Source: Cyanophora paradoxa CCMP329 (lineage: Eukaryota; Plantae; Glaucophyta). Taken from it: 64,000 nucleotides of DNA. Position numbers and translations under genes: made by a program. The first letter of the stretch is position 1. Each line of letters opens with the position of its first letter. The DNA is taken from positions 44,153 to 108,152 of the forward strand of contig QPMI01000027.1 in assembly GCA_004431415.1 (NCBI GenBank), written 5' to 3'. The notes beneath the pieces are model-generated. The model ran no database searches and was not told the DNA's origin. It was given only the letters and a program-made list of their open reading frames with translations. This document shows, one piece after another, positions 46,547 to 59,402 of this stretch.

Positions 46547-47104
46547 ATGCCGGATACCGTTCAGGAGATCCTCGTGCGCCCCCGAGCCGGCCCCGGAACC
46601 TCCGGGCCCGCGAGGCGCTCGCCCCCGCTAGCTACCAGCCCCGGAGCACGCTCTGCCCCGCGCCTGACGCCGGGCGGGTCGGGGCGCCCCCGCGCCGTTG
46701 CGCAGCAAGAGTACGAAACCGAGGGGCAGCCGAGGACCCTCAACCACTACACGGTTCGTCTCTCAGCATATTCATTTCTCTTTCCCTCTTAACGAGTCAC
46801 CCTGCATGCAGCCGAAGGAGGCCGTGCGGCCCAGAAATGCGGTTTTGCAATTGTAGTTTCCGAGGGTGAGAACCACTCGCAGGTCCGGAACGCTCAGCTT
46901 GCCTTCATCAAGGGCGCAGTGAACCTCGATGCCGTGCACGTACGCTCCGAGGCTCGCTGCATCGAGCGGTCCGTGCGTGCAGCTGACGTGCCCTCGCGCG
47001 CGTCCCCACGTCCGCAGCACCTGAGCGCACTTCACTCCACCCACTTCGCCGAAACGCCCGAAATTGAGGCTCGCATATCCCTCGTCTCCGCCCCCAGCCC
47101 TTGA
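46547..47104 (+). CDS. Possible small spliced hypothetical protein
   Basis: ATG followed by four genome-typical GT..CAG introns. The frame stays open only if one base is missing at the first donor. Confidence 0.3.
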
Positions 47105-47560
47105 AAATCCGCCGAGGCCCGAGCGCAGCTGGCTGGGTCGCTCTTCGTGGAGGGGCCGAGTGAGGGTGCCCTCTGCGCCGCCGACCTGTCTGGGGACTTG
47201 CCTTGTGCGGAGGAGGCTTCACTTGAAGCCGACTTCGAATCAATGTGGGTATAGGATAGGGGGCCCGGCCCCTCGCTCCCCGGCCCCGTCCACCGGTCCC
47301 CCCGTCTATTCTCTTTTTTTCAAAAAGCCCAGCCGCCGGGCCCGGGCCCTGGCAGATTGAGGCAATGACCGTTTCGAGCGAAATACACACTCCGTCCGTC
47401 TACTCTGACACCGGGGAGCTCTGCTCCGTACCTGACACCGGGCGGGGCGCCGCGGTTGCGCAAGCTGGATCCGAAATCTCTAAGGCGAATTTGAAGCTTT
47501 TCTCGAATTGTCGAAAATCAGGCCAGGCGGCTGCAGCTGCTCGAGAACAAATAAAATGCG

Positions 47561-50500
47561 CTACGAGGCCGGCTGGGAGGTAGGGGCTGCGGGCCCAGGG
47601 TTGGACGCGGGGGCGGGCGGCCGGGACTGGAGCGCTAGCCGGGCCTGCGCGAGGGCGCATATCTTCTGGTAGCTGTGCGCCACTTGCTGCACCAGGTTCT
47701 GCGATCCCTTGAGTCTCGAGGCGCGGGGTATGGAGGAAGGGCTCCGAGTTACCACGTGCTCCAGGAATAGCGACATCTCCGGGGGGGATACGGGGATCTC
47801 CGCGGCGGGCGCGGTCTCCAGTATTCCCCGGAGGACATCAGCCGTGTTGTAACGGAAGAACTCCTGCACGGAGGAGGTGAGGCAGGGATGCGTGGGTTCG
47901 GGAGGGGGGTACGCGCACCTGGAGGTCGACGCGGTCCTCGACAATGAGGGCCTCCTGGGGGGGCAGCTCGGGGGCCGGGGGGGGCGGCGAGGGGGCCTCC
48001 GGGGGCGGCGAGGGCTGGCGGCCACGGAGGCGCGGCGCCGGGGGCGCGACACGGACTCCCGGCGGGTCCGCTGGGGCGTGCGTGACTCCGAGCGCCGGCG
48101 GGCGAAGCGGCGGGCGCCGGCGGGGCGGGCCGGGGCCGGAGCCGGGAGTTGCGCCTCGGCGGGGGCCTCCGCGGACCCGTCTGAGCTGCGCGCCCCCGCC
48201 TCCTCGCCCTCCTCGTCCGCCTCGGCCGCCGGGCGCCGCCCCGAGGCCGCCGACGCCGGCCGCCGCCGCTGCGGCTCCGCAGGCGACCGGGCGGCTCGGC
48301 GCGCCTCGCGGGCGCCGTGCGCGGCCGCTCGGCATCCTCCTCGGGCTCGGCCGCGGCCTCGCTCGCGAAGGAGGCCTCCGCTCGCCCCGGCGGCCGGCGC
48401 CACGCCTTGGGACGCGGCCAGAGGCGCCTCTCGAGCGCGCGCGCCGCCTCCTCCCGCTCCCGCGCCGCCGCAGCCCGCAGCACCTGCGTCCTCGTGATCC
48501 GCTGCGCGCTCTCCACAGCCCCCGCCTGCCGCCTGGAGCTCGCCCCGCCCTCCTCCCCTCCCGCGTAGGGTACAGCCGCTGCCAGAAGGGTTCTCGCGGG
48601 GCGGCGGGCGCGGGCGAGGCGCGCGGCGGCTGCGCCTCGGGAGCTGGCGCGGCGGCCTGGGGCGGGGGCGGGGCGGAGGGGACGATGCGGAGGCCTTCGG
48701 CGGCTTCGGAGAGGACGCGGGCGTCCTGCGAGGCAGCGGAGGCGCGCGGGTCGAGGAGCGTCTGCGGCCCGCCGCCGCCCCCGCCGCCCCGCTCCGCCGC
48801 CGCCGCCCGCTCGGCGCCCCAGGCCCGCGAGCCCCTCGGGGCCCCTCCAGCTCGTACGGCGGCGCCCACGCCTCGCGCGGGGGCGTCGGGCGCCGCCCCC
48901 GCGCCGGCGAGGCGGGCGCGGCGCTGCCGGCCGCCGGGGAGGGGGAGACGATCACCACGGGCTCGCCCTCCACTTGCGCTCCCTCCAGCTCCAGCTCGGC
49001 GGGTACGGGAGGAGGCTGCGGAGCGGCGGCCGCCGGAGAGGGCGCCGGGCGGGGGAAGGAGCGGGCGGGGGTGTGCGGGTGCGGGGTTGGGGTAGCGGGG
49101 ACGGAGCGCGGGCCGGGGCGGGAGCGGGAAGGGGTCGGGGAGACGGAGGGGGAGCGGAGGGAGCCGCGGCTGTCTGTGGCCCACGAGGTGCGCTGCGGCG
49201 AGCGGACCGAAAGGCCGCGCCCGCCCCGCCGCGTGGGCGGCCGCTGCGAGGGCGAGGGCGGCCCACGCTCGGGAGACGGCGAGGACGGTTGGTCTGCCCG
49301 CGCGTGAGACGATGCGGCCTGCAGGGTAGAAGGAGGGGTACCGGCGACGTGGCCGAAGAGGGCATCGCCCACGGGCTGAACCTCGCACTCATCGTCTTCG
49401 ACGTCTGTACCCCCGTGAGGCGGGGTACGGGTGGCGAGGAGGGGGTACGGCGCACGGGGCTGCTCGAAGAAGAGGTTGTCCGGCCGAGGGGGCTGCCCCG
49501 GCGCCCCGCGGGGCGGCCGACGCTGCCCCTCCAGGGCCCGCCGCAGCTCCGGAAGCAGCGCGGAGACCGGCGGGATGGGCCGCGGGCCCGCCGGCGCCGG
49601 GCGCGGCTCCCGCTTCGGGCTGGCTGACTTGGCCGCCGGGCCGACGCCGGCGCTGGCCGGGCCGGCGGAGCGCGCCGCTTGTCCCTCGTAGTATAGCGCG
49701 GGAGGGCGCCGATCCCCGCCCTCCGGGGCCTCCGCGTCGGGCTTCACGGCCGGCCCGGCGGCGGCGGGGGCCGGCGCCTCGTCCGGGGGCAGGAGGTGAT
49801 GGGGTATGGGCTCGCGGCACACCAGCCGCGTGGACAGGTGCACGGCGCCCGTCTCGTTGCCCTGGCGGGACTTGGCGAGTGAGCGCGACGGGGCGCGGGG
49901 CGATCGATTCTTAATTCGATCGCACCACGAGGTCATGGAGGCGGAAGACGCCGGTCCGGAAGCCGGCGAGCCCCGGCAGCGGCCCGCGCAGCGATTCGAC
50001 CTGCGCGGCGGCGGCGCCGTGCGTTTGACGAGGGGGGGCAGCGGCGGGCGGCGCGGCGAGACGGGTGGCAGCGCACGTCGCGCGCAAAGGGGCCGAGGTC
50101 GACGACGGCCGAGCCGAGGAGGACCGCCTTGTTCTCGGTGCCGCCCGAAGACGCGAGGTCGACGAGCGAGACGAGGAGCGGGCACGCCCGCAGCGCCTTC
50201 GCGAGGTTCTCGGCGCTCAGGCGGAACGCGGCGGACTTGCCCCGCCGCATAACCCAGATCCCCGCATTCCTTAGAGGCCGCAGGACGTTCCCGTCGTCCT
50301 GCACGTTCTCCGACTGGTCGGCCGGCTGCGGCGCATCGCCCTTCAGGACGATCGCCGGAAAGTTGAGGAAGCGGAACATCAGCGCCGGGTGTGCAGAAGA
50401 ATTGGCGTTCTTGCTGATGAGCTCCTCCACGAACACCTCGAAGTTGTAGAGGCGCTCGATCTGAATCAGCATCTCGCGAACTGTCTGCTTTGCCGGTGCT

Positions 50501-50634
50501 GCAGACGAGCTAGCTATAGCTGAAGAGACCGCAGGCGATGCAGCCGGCTGGAGCGCGTGCACCGAGCGCTGCGGTGTACGCGCGCCGATGTCGGCCGCAC
50601 CTGCGAGCGTCGAACCGGCCGCGGCTCCATCCAT
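47561..50634 (-). CDS. MAP10-like protein (N-terminal C2-like domain, long Pro/Ser-rich region)
   Basis: LYNFEVFVEEL..PALMFRFLNFPAIVL..RRGKSAAFRL..LRACPLLVSLVD..LLGSAVVDL resembles the MAP10/KIAA1383 N-terminal domain. Confidence 0.7.
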
Positions 50635-50844
50635 CGCCCCCAGGCCCGCTGCAGCTGCCGCTTCGAACCTTCAACTCCCCCGGACTTCCCCGGTCTTCCC
50701 CGGACTTCCCGCCAGCAGGGGGTACAGTCGTCTTCGCGCGCGGCCCCGGCTAGCTAGCGCTATAGCATTTGATCTAACACGGCGAATTCGAATATATATA
50801 TACTTGAAACTAGCGCTACGAGCGCTATATTATCAGGGACACTA

Positions 50845-53800
50845 GAGCGCATTCTGGTCCAAAATTAATACAGCAATTGGGTTGGGAATTATGTGTTGTG
50901 TGATGGCGCAGCGAGGGGGGCAGCGGGCTAGGCGACAGATAGCAGTAATGGAGGTTGCATGCTACTGAACACGATACATTAGGCGGCGTCTAGCCCCGTC
51001 ACCATCGGTTTTCGACCACTGCGGGCGCGGGATTCGCGGCGCGGGATCGGCAAGACAGCTACACGAGTGCTAGGGAATCGGCGCGCATAGGTCCTTTTTG
51101 CTAGCGGATCCCCGCTGCGCGCCCGCGCGCCAAGGTCCCGCGCGCCCGCTTGCGGAGGGGGGGACAGCGATTCCGTCATGCAGTCCGCGCTGCTAGCGCT
51201 CTGGTCGCGTTATGCATGCGCGGTACAGCGCAACGATTGCGCTGTGTACCGCTTCGGGTCCTCCGCGCTGCCGCCGCCGCGCCAGCGCCGGTTTTGGGGC
51301 TGCCCAAAACCGGGGGGACAGCGTTACGAGGCACCAGCTCCAGCCACACATCGCCCGGTGTGCGAAACGCTCGAGCGCGTCGCACTCCCCAGGCGCCGCC
51401 GCTATATCTGGCGCCTCCATCTGGCCCCGCTCGCCGCCGCAGTACACGCCGCACATCGCGGCACATGTACAGCTACTGCTATAGGTCCGTGGCTCACTTT
51501 GCATCGTGCTCGGTTCGCTCACCGCGGGCGATCCGGCGCGGCGCATCTGGCGGTTCGTCGCCCTCGCGCCGCCGCCGCATGTCAACGCGATCCCGTGCGC
51601 GCTCCATCACGAGCCGAAAAGCCGGCGCCGAGGTCTGCACACGCCCGCGCCGCCCCTGCGCCGAGCGCCGACCGCGGCCTGCCCGCGCTCATTTGCGCAG
51701 GGCGATCTCCGTTACCGCGCGTGCTCTGGGGCACCTCGCCGTCGACGCATGGGACTCAATGGCTGCTGGCGTCTTGCGCAGTCAGAGCCAGGATCGCCGA
51801 CGAGCTGCAGCATGCCGCCTCCATGCCCTGCGCGCGCGCGCTTCGCCACAACCACGTATCCGCGGTGCGCGGGCCAGCCGCCTTTGCCCGCTCTTTGATA
51901 TTCAATCGGAGGGTCTTTTTGAGCGTGGCGTCAGCCACGCTGGACGCCGCTCGCGCAGGGATCCCGCCCCCGCCGCCCCGCCAACCACGTACCCCGGTAC
52001 GAGGCCCGGCCGCGCCCCCGGCCCTGGCTCTGCCGGGCGGGGCCTTAGTGCCGCGCCCGGTGGGCCGCCGAATCGCTTGGGAGGCGGCGCTGAACGCTGC
52101 TCCCGCAGGCCCCCGCCCCACACCCCGGCTCTCCGTCGCCCCGCCAACCACGTACCCGGTACGAGGCCCGGCCCGCGCCCCCGGCCCTGGCTCTGCCGGG
52201 CGGGGCTCTAGTGCCGCGCCCGGAGGGCCGCCGAATCGCTTGGGAGGCGGCGCTGAACGCTGCTCCCGCAGGGACCCCGCCCCCCGCCTCCCCGCCCCCC
52301 CGCCAACCACGGCCCCCTGGAGGGCTGCCGAATCGCTTGGGAGGCGGCGCTGAACGCGGTTTCCGCAGGGACCCCGCCCCCCGCCCTGGTTTGGGCGCCC
52401 CCAAAACCGGGGGCTGACGCTGTGACGGGCGCGCGGAGCGCATGCAGCGGCCTTTCATAGCCATCGTGGCACTGCGTGGCAGCGGCCTGCAGCGGCCTTT
52501 CATAGCCATTAGTCGAGAACTGCGACAGGAAGCGTGGCACTGCGACATGTTTATTGAGGTTTTAATTTGTACCAAGCTCTCGACCTAGTATGTTGACATA
52601 CTATGATACTTGCAAGGATGGCTATGTATTGCAAGGATGAGTGCAAGCTTACTTGTCGGATGTCGACATACTTGCAAGCTTAAGGGGCCCGCGGCCGGGC
52701 CTAGGCCTGGCCATGGGTTCGGCGCGGGCTTTAGATCTTGATCATCATCTGATTATCGATATCTTGTAATATTCAATGATTGATTGATCTTGAACTGCCG
52801 CAGTGCGTGATAAATAAGCTTTAAAGCTTCAAACTTCAACGCTTCAACGCTGCGCTCAGCGGCCCGGCGGCTGATTTTTTGTATCATGATCATTTACTCA
52901 TGATCATGATCAGGATCATGATCACTCACTCAGTGAACATGAAACGCCTGCCGTTGATCCCTCAATGCCGCCTATTCAATGATTGCCGCAACTTGCCGCG
53001 AGTTCTGAGTTGCCGCGAGTTGCCGCGATAAATCGCGGATAATTGGATTGCCGCGATTTCTCGCGGAAACCGCAAGTTGCCGCGGGATGCCGCGGGATGC
53101 CGCGGGATGCCGCGGGATGCCGCGGGATGCCGCGGATGCCGCGGAATGCCGCGAGTTGCCGCGAGATGCCGCGAAGAGCCGCGAATCATTCGATTGGCGC
53201 GAGATGCCGCAAAATACCGCGGCGATTTTAAGCAATTGCAATGCCGGGAAATACCCAAATAGCGCATGCATGATATTGTATTAATTATACATCATTGAAT
53301 AATTTCATCATGATCATGATCATCGGATTATAATCATTGAATCGGACTCTCCGGGATATCCATCATCGGATCAATATATTAATCACTTGAATCATTGAAT
53401 GGTCAGACTCTGAGAACTATAGCTATAGCTAGTGCCGCAGTGCACGTACGCGTGTTCTTGATCATGATGTAAAACTTGAATTCGAAACAGCTGAAGCCTT
53501 GAAGTGAGCTTCATGATCGATATCAGGCTTGAAAATCTGAAAACATGTACAGCTAATCATGAGCTGTCATGATCATGATCAGCCGCTGATCATGAGCTGG
53601 GCAGCAGTGTACGTACAGCTGTACAGGCGCTGGCCATGGCTGTACAGCCTGGCAGCTCTTTCACTGATCATGATCATGATCATGACTCGCGTGAAGATCA
53701 CGTCACGGCGTGTACCTAGGAATTATTAACTCGCCGACTCGGCGAGTCGACAGCCCGGGCCCGCGCATGCCAGGCCCTACTGACATTTAAGACGTGCGGG

Positions 53801-56181
53801 CCCTGGATCATCGATATTGGTTACTTCGACGGCGAGCTCGACTCGGCGAGATTCAATTTACCGACCGTAGTGCTAGCGCGACCGTCGGACCACTACAATT
53901 TATGTTCTCACACGCACACGTGCAGCGTCAGTCCCGGTTTTGGGGGCGCCCAAACCAGGGCGGGGGGCGGGGTCCCTGCGGAAACCGCGTTCAGCGCCGC
54001 CTCCCAAGCGATTCGGCAGCCCTCCGGGCGCGTTACTAGGGCCCCGCCAGGCAGCGCCAGGGCCGGGGGCGGGGGCCGGGCCCCGTACCGGGGTACGTGG
54101 TTGGCGGGGCGACGGAGAGCCGGGGTGTGGGCGGGGCCCTGCGGGAGCAGCGTTCAGCGCCGCCTCCCAAGCGATTCGGCGGCCACCGGGCGCGGCACTA
54201 AGGCCCGCCCGGCAGAGCCAGGGCCGGGGCGCGGGCCGGGCCTCGTACCGGGGTACGTGGTTGGCGGGGGGCGGGGGCGGGGGCGGGGGCCCTGCGGAGC
54301 AGCGTTCAGCGCCGCCTCCCAAGCGATTCGGCAGCCCTACGGGCGCGATATTAGGGCCCTCCAGGCATCGCCAGGGCCGGGGCGCGGGCCGGGCCTCGTA
54401 CCGGGGTACGTGGTTGGCGGGGCGACGGAGAGCCGGGGTGTGGGGCGGGGCCCTACGGGAGCAGCGTTCAGCGCCGCCTCCAAATCGATTTGGCGGCCGT
54501 CTGGGCGCGGTACTAGGGCCCCGCCTGGCAGAGCCAGGGCCGGGGGCGCGGGCCGGGCTCGCACCGGGGTACGTGGTTGGCGGGGGGCGGGGAGGCGGGG
54601 GCGGGGCCTGCGGAAGCAGCGTTCAGCGCCGTCTCCCAAGCGATTCGGCGGCCGTCTGGGCGCGGTTCTAGGACCCGCCAGGCAGAACCAGGGCCGGGGG
54701 CGCGGCCGGGCCTCGTACCGGGTACGTGGTTGGCGGGGGGCGGGAGGCGGGGCGGGGTCCCTGCGGGAGCAGCGTTCAGCGCCGCCTCCCAAGCGATTCG
54801 GCGGCCTCCGGGCGCGGCACTAGAGCCCCGCCGGCAGAGCCAGGGCCGGGGGCGCGGGCCGGGCCTCGTACCGGGGTACGTGGTTGGCGGGGCGACGGAG
54901 AGCCGGGGTGTGGGCGGGGGCCCTGCGGGAGCAGCGTTCAGCGCCGTCTCCCAAGCGATTCGGCGGCCCACCGGGCGCGGCACTAAGGCCCCGCCCGGCA
55001 GAGCCAGGGCCGGGGGCGCGGGCCGGGCCTCGTACCGGGTACGTGGTTGGCGGGCGGCGGGGGGCGGATCCCTGCGCGAGCGGCGTCCAGCGTGGCTGAC
55101 GCCACGCTCAAAAAGACCCTCCGATTGAATATCAAAGAGCGGGCAAAGGCGGCTGGCCGCGCACCGCGGATACGTGGTTGTGGCGAAGCGCGCGCGCGCA
55201 GGGCATGGAGGCGGCATGCTGCAGCTCGTCGGCGATCCTGGCTCTGACTGCGCAAGACGCCAGCAGCCATTGAGTCCATGCGTCGACGGCGAGGTGCCCC
55301 CAGAGCACGCGCGGTAACGGAGATCGCCCTGCGCAAATGAGCGCGGGCAGGCCGCGGTCGGCGCTCGGCGCAGGGGGCGGCGCGGGCGTGTGCAGACCTC
55401 AGCGCCGGCTTTTCGGCTCGTGATGGAGCGCGCACGGGATCGCGTTGACATGCGGCGGCGGCGCGAGGGCGACGAACCGCCAGATGCGCCGCGCCGGATC
55501 GCCCGCGGTGAGCGAACCGAGCACGATGCAAAGTGAGCCACGGACCTATAGCAGTAGCTGTACATGTGCCGCGATGTGCGGCGTGTACTGCGGCGGCGAG
55601 CGGGGCCAGATGGAGGCGCCAGATATAGCGGCGGCGCCTGGGAGTGCGACGCGCTCGAGCGTTTCGCACACCGGGCGATGTGTGGCTGGAGCTGGTGCCT
55701 CGTAACGCTGTCCCCCCGGTTTGGGCAGCCCCAAAACCGGCGCTGGCGCGGCGGCGGCAGCGCGGAGGACCCGAAGCGGTACACAGCGCAATCGTTGCGC
55801 TGTACCGCGCATGCATAACGCGACCAGAGCGCTAGCAGCGCGGACTGCATGACGGAATCGCTGTCCCCCCTCCGCAAGCGGCGCGCGGGACCTTGGCGCG
55901 CGGGCGCGCAGCGGGGATCCGCTAGCAAAAAGGACCTATGCGCGCCGATTCCCTAGCACTCGTGTAGCTGTCTTGCCGATCCCGCGCCGCGAATCCCGCG
56001 CCCGCAGTGGTCGAAAACCGATGGTGACGGGGCTAGACGCCGCCTAATGTATCGTGTTCAGTAGCATGCAACCTCCATTACTGCTATCTGTCGCCTAGCC
56101 CGCTGCCCCCCTCGCTGCGCCATCACACAACACATAATTCCCAACCCAATTGCTGTATTAATTTTGGACCAGAATGCGCTC
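50845..56181. mobile_element. 5.3-kb foldback element with very long TIRs (PIF/Harbinger-like termini)
   Basis: Arms 50845-52422 and 53923-56181 are inverted copies starting GAGCGCATTCTGG, with a 3-bp TSD CTA. Inner arms hold ~160-bp tandem units (3 left, 7 right). No transposase. Confidence 0.9.
53079..53165. repeat. (GCCGCGGGAT)n minisatellite within a TGCCGCG-rich block in the foldback spacer
   Basis: Five to six near-perfect 10-bp units. The block is bounded by TATTCAATGAT (~52974) and ATCATTGAATA (~53291), so it may be a small MITE. Confidence 0.75.
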
Positions 56182-56521
56182 CTAGATCCCTAGCACTATA
56201 TACCACTCATGATCTCAGAATTCGAAGTTCGGCCGCGCGGAATTCGGAATTCGCGCTCGAGCGCCGAGCTTGCCCTGCGGCCAGCCGCTAGCTAGCTATA
56301 GTATATAGGTGGGCTCTTGCCAAGGGTCGAGCTCTCGAGCTTGCCCCTTCGCTGTCAATGCATTGTTAACCCTCGGAGGTTGATGAGTCACGCGTTGCGG
56401 AGGTTGCATTGTTATATTGCATTCGGGGAGGCAGGGGGACTAACACGTCCAATGTACCCCCCGGGGGCCTCCCGGCCTCTAACTAGGCTCGGACTCTAAC
56501 TGAATGCTGTACCCCCTGCGG

Positions 56522-57272
56522 TTACTGCCCGAGCCTAGCGAACTTGCGTAACTCGGCCTCGCCCTGTACCCAGTGACTGGTGTCGTCCATCCATTCGCGT
56601 ACCTCCCTCTGACGCTTGAGTGACTCACGCTGCTCAGGTGAGGGGGAGGGGGGGCCGTAGAGGAGGGGCCGCGGCGGGGGTACCATGCCAAAGTTTGCCC
56701 ACTCGGGGGGTATACCGAATTCACCGTGATCGATTCTCTGAGGCGTGAAGTACTGGCCGTCGCTCAGCGCCAGGTGGTAGAAGGCGTTTCGCAGTCGTCT
56801 GAGGAAGCGGGGCTGCACAGTCTGCGGGTCAAGGCTCTCGAAGCGCCACGGTGCCACAAAGTCAATGATACGCTCCTGCACCCGCGCGGGCAGAGCGAGG
56901 ATCTGGCTCTTGCGGTTCGCAAAGGCCATCCACAGTGCTTGTAGGTCCGCCCAATCGCCGTTCAGATCCCTGCGTTCTCGCCTGCCATGATTGCGTGGAT
57001 TGATCGTCATACCCATGAAACGTGCTGCGCCGATGGTGTTTTGATCTGGAAACTCTTGATCGTCGTTAAACTTATCTCGTATCCAGCGCACGAGGTACAG
57101 CACGCGTTCCATAAAGTTCTCCCGGGCGATCCGCTCCCGAATCGGGGCCCATCGCCCATCGCCGCCGGTGCAGATCGGATTGTGCGTCGTCCAAGTCCAC
57201 GGTCCGCTGTAGGATCTCACCGATGATGGGGCCGTTGTTGTACAGCACGTCGGACTCGCGTGTCCGCGCCAT
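56522..57272 (-). CDS. Intronless orphan protein B (paralog of the adjacent gene)
   Basis: 232-aa open frame plus a frameshifted N-terminus MARTRESDVLYNNGP; contains WIRDKF. Confidence 0.6.
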
Positions 57273-57310
57273 GCTCGCGGCTCGCTGAGAATATCTACCC
57301 GTACCCCCTA

Positions 57311-58009
57311 TCACGTCCACCTCCACGTCAGGCGATTGTTCTCGAAAACGGGGTACGCCTCCTCCTCTGGGGGTATAGTGCCGACCTTTGCCTCACCCGG
57401 CAGACGGTTTCGATCGTCCTGCAGCCAGTCGCGCAGTCGCTTGCGCTCGTTGATGGGGGGCCTCGAGTCAAAGGGGGATACGTAGGCGGGGGCGGGGGTG
57501 GGGCGGGCGGAAGCTCTTGCCAGCTCCGGGGTACGAGCTCGCGTGGAATCTCGAGCTCTGTGTACCGTGAGCCGTCGTACTGTCGGACACCGCCTTCGCC
57601 TGTACGCATGTACCACTGTATCTCATTTCGAAGCCCATTGATCACATCGCCTTCGCGCCGTCTCTACCTGCGAGTAAGAAGTTCATGATCTTCAATCTGG
57701 CCTCGTTCGGCAGACGGGCCACGCGGCTTCTAGGCGACATCAGCGCCACGTACAGGGACGTAAGCACACTGCTGAAGTCCCAGTTCCGATCATAGGATGG
57801 GGGGCGAGCCTCACGGTATCCGCAGCCCCTGGGCTGCAACAGGGGCTAGCCCCTCAGCGGAAAGGACGACGTTCCTATCCGATTTCGCATCCCCTCCTTG
57901 AACTTATCTCGTATCCAATGGGCCAGGCCCTAACGCGAGTCAGGAACTCTTCGGGGCTCGAATCTTCGTCCATCTGCGGGACCGGGCTCGAATCTTCGTC
58001 ATCCGACAT
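57311..58009 (-). CDS. Intronless orphan protein A (several 1-bp frameshifts)
   Basis: MSDDEDSS..EEFLTRV..WIRDKF..LTSLYVALMSPRSRVARLP..LRNEI..ERKRLRDWLQDD aligns by eye with gene B. Confidence 0.55.
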
Positions 58010-58061
58010 TTGCAATTGCACACAACGAGAAATTCTAAACGCTACTGCGAGGCTACGAGCT

Positions 58062-58630
58062 ATGGACCTACAACAGGGGAGCGCGGCGTGGCACGCTGCG
58101 CGCCGCGAAAAGCTAACCGCCTCGAACTTTGCCGCCGCGTGCGGCATCAACCCGTGGAAATCCAGGGCCCGCCTCTGGCGGAGCTGAGCGGGATCGCGGA
58201 GGAAAACAACTTTGACAACCCTGCCCTAACCTACGGGCACGACTACGAGCCCCTCGCGGTCTCTATCTACAAGGCACTGAACGATAACGTGGACATTCAA
58301 CACACTGGACTGCACGAACACAAAGAAATGCCGTTCCTCGCCGGGAGCCCCGACGGACTGATAGGAAATGATAGGATTTTAGAGGTGAAATGCCCTTACA
58401 AGGGCGAACTTTACGATAGCGTTCCTACCTATTACATGACTCAACTTCAGGGCCTGCTGGACATAACGGGCCGCGACTGGGCCGAACTTTTCTGTTTCAC
58501 GCCTCTGCGCGTGCAAACGTGGTACGTCAGACGGGACGAGAGGTACATCGAGCTCATGCGGCGGTGCTTACATCTATTTTGGATGCACGTGAAGGCTGGA
58601 ACTCCGCCCGAGCCTACAGCGATCGAATGA
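58062..58630 (+). CDS. YqaJ-like viral recombinase / lambda-type exonuclease (frameshift near 58180)
   Basis: QQGSAAWHAARREKLTASNF..G.NPWKS, YGHDYEPLA, FLAGSPDGLI, LEVKCPY, YYMTQLQGLL. Intronless. Confidence 0.92.
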
Positions 58631-58680
58631 AGTCAGAGAACCTCAGCGAGGAGCAGGCGGCGCTGCGCGAGTTTAAGTCG

Positions 58681-59030
58681 TACGCCTCCTCTAGTGTCCC
58701 GACCCTCTCAGATATTAATTTAAAGATCTGGGAGGGTCGGGACACGTCTCTTGGTCAGACTACTTATGTACGCCCTCCTCTAGTGTCTCGACCCTCTCAG
58801 ATATTAATTTAAAGATCTGGAGGGTCGGGACACGTCTCTTGGTCAGACTACTTATGTACGCCCTCCTCTAGTGTCTCGACCCTCTCAGATATTAATTTAA
58901 AGATCTGGGAGGGTCGGGACACGTCTCTTGGTCAGACTACTTATGTACGCCTCCCTCCTCTAGTGTCCGGACCTTTCCAATAATCTATAAAGAAAGTAGG
59001 GAGGGTCCGGACACGTCTCTTGGTCGGACT
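58681..59030. repeat. Array of ~89-bp units, each with a 20-bp-arm palindrome around an AT-rich spacer (origin-like)
   Basis: GTGTC(C/T)CGACCCTCTCAGAT-ATTAATTTAAAG-ATCTGGGAGGGTCGGGACAC at 58694, 58783 and 58871, with a degenerate fourth unit at 58963. Confidence 0.92.
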
Positions 59031-59306
59031 CACCGTAGCTTGGTGTAGCTCAGGCCCAGGCGGGAAGGCGAGTCTGCAATGAATCAGACCCACAGGATTT
59101 GGTTGAGCTGCTCTTTGCAGGGGGCAGGAAGGCGGCCGCAGAGGGCTAGGGAGACTAGATCTAATTAGTAATCCCACACCGCGCATGTGCAAGCGACAGA
59201 GAACGAAGTGAGTAAATGCAGATCGATGATACGGCAATCATGAGTTGTTCAGAAAAGGTCGGGACACATAGAGAGTGCATGCCCTCACTCTCGTCCGCCC
59301 TCGCAA

Positions 59307-59356
59307 TGTCCCGACCCTCCCAGATCTTTAAATTAATATCTCAAAAGGTCGAGACA
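59307..59356 (-). repeat. Single inverted copy of the origin-like palindrome
   Basis: Reverse complement matches 62652-62701 at 49 of 50 positions. Confidence 0.9.
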
Positions 59357-59402
59357 TTCATTGATCATATGCATGACGTCACTTGAATTCGCACGTTCGT
59401 AT

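Noticed and set aside
25558-50185. Very long Arg/Pro/Gly/Ala-rich ORFs in the track (e.g. 30196-32517, 27410-29320, 47561-50185)
   Set aside because: Stop-poor GC-rich frames that read through introns or run antisense to real spliced genes.
51150-55928. ORFs of 350-470 aa in the foldback arms as a possible transposase
   Set aside because: No DDE or Myb/SANT motifs, frames differ between the arms, and composition is repeat-derived.
58681-59030. CRISPR-like appearance of the palindromic array
   Set aside because: Sequences between the palindromes are identical rather than unique spacers, there are no cas genes, and the context is eukaryotic.
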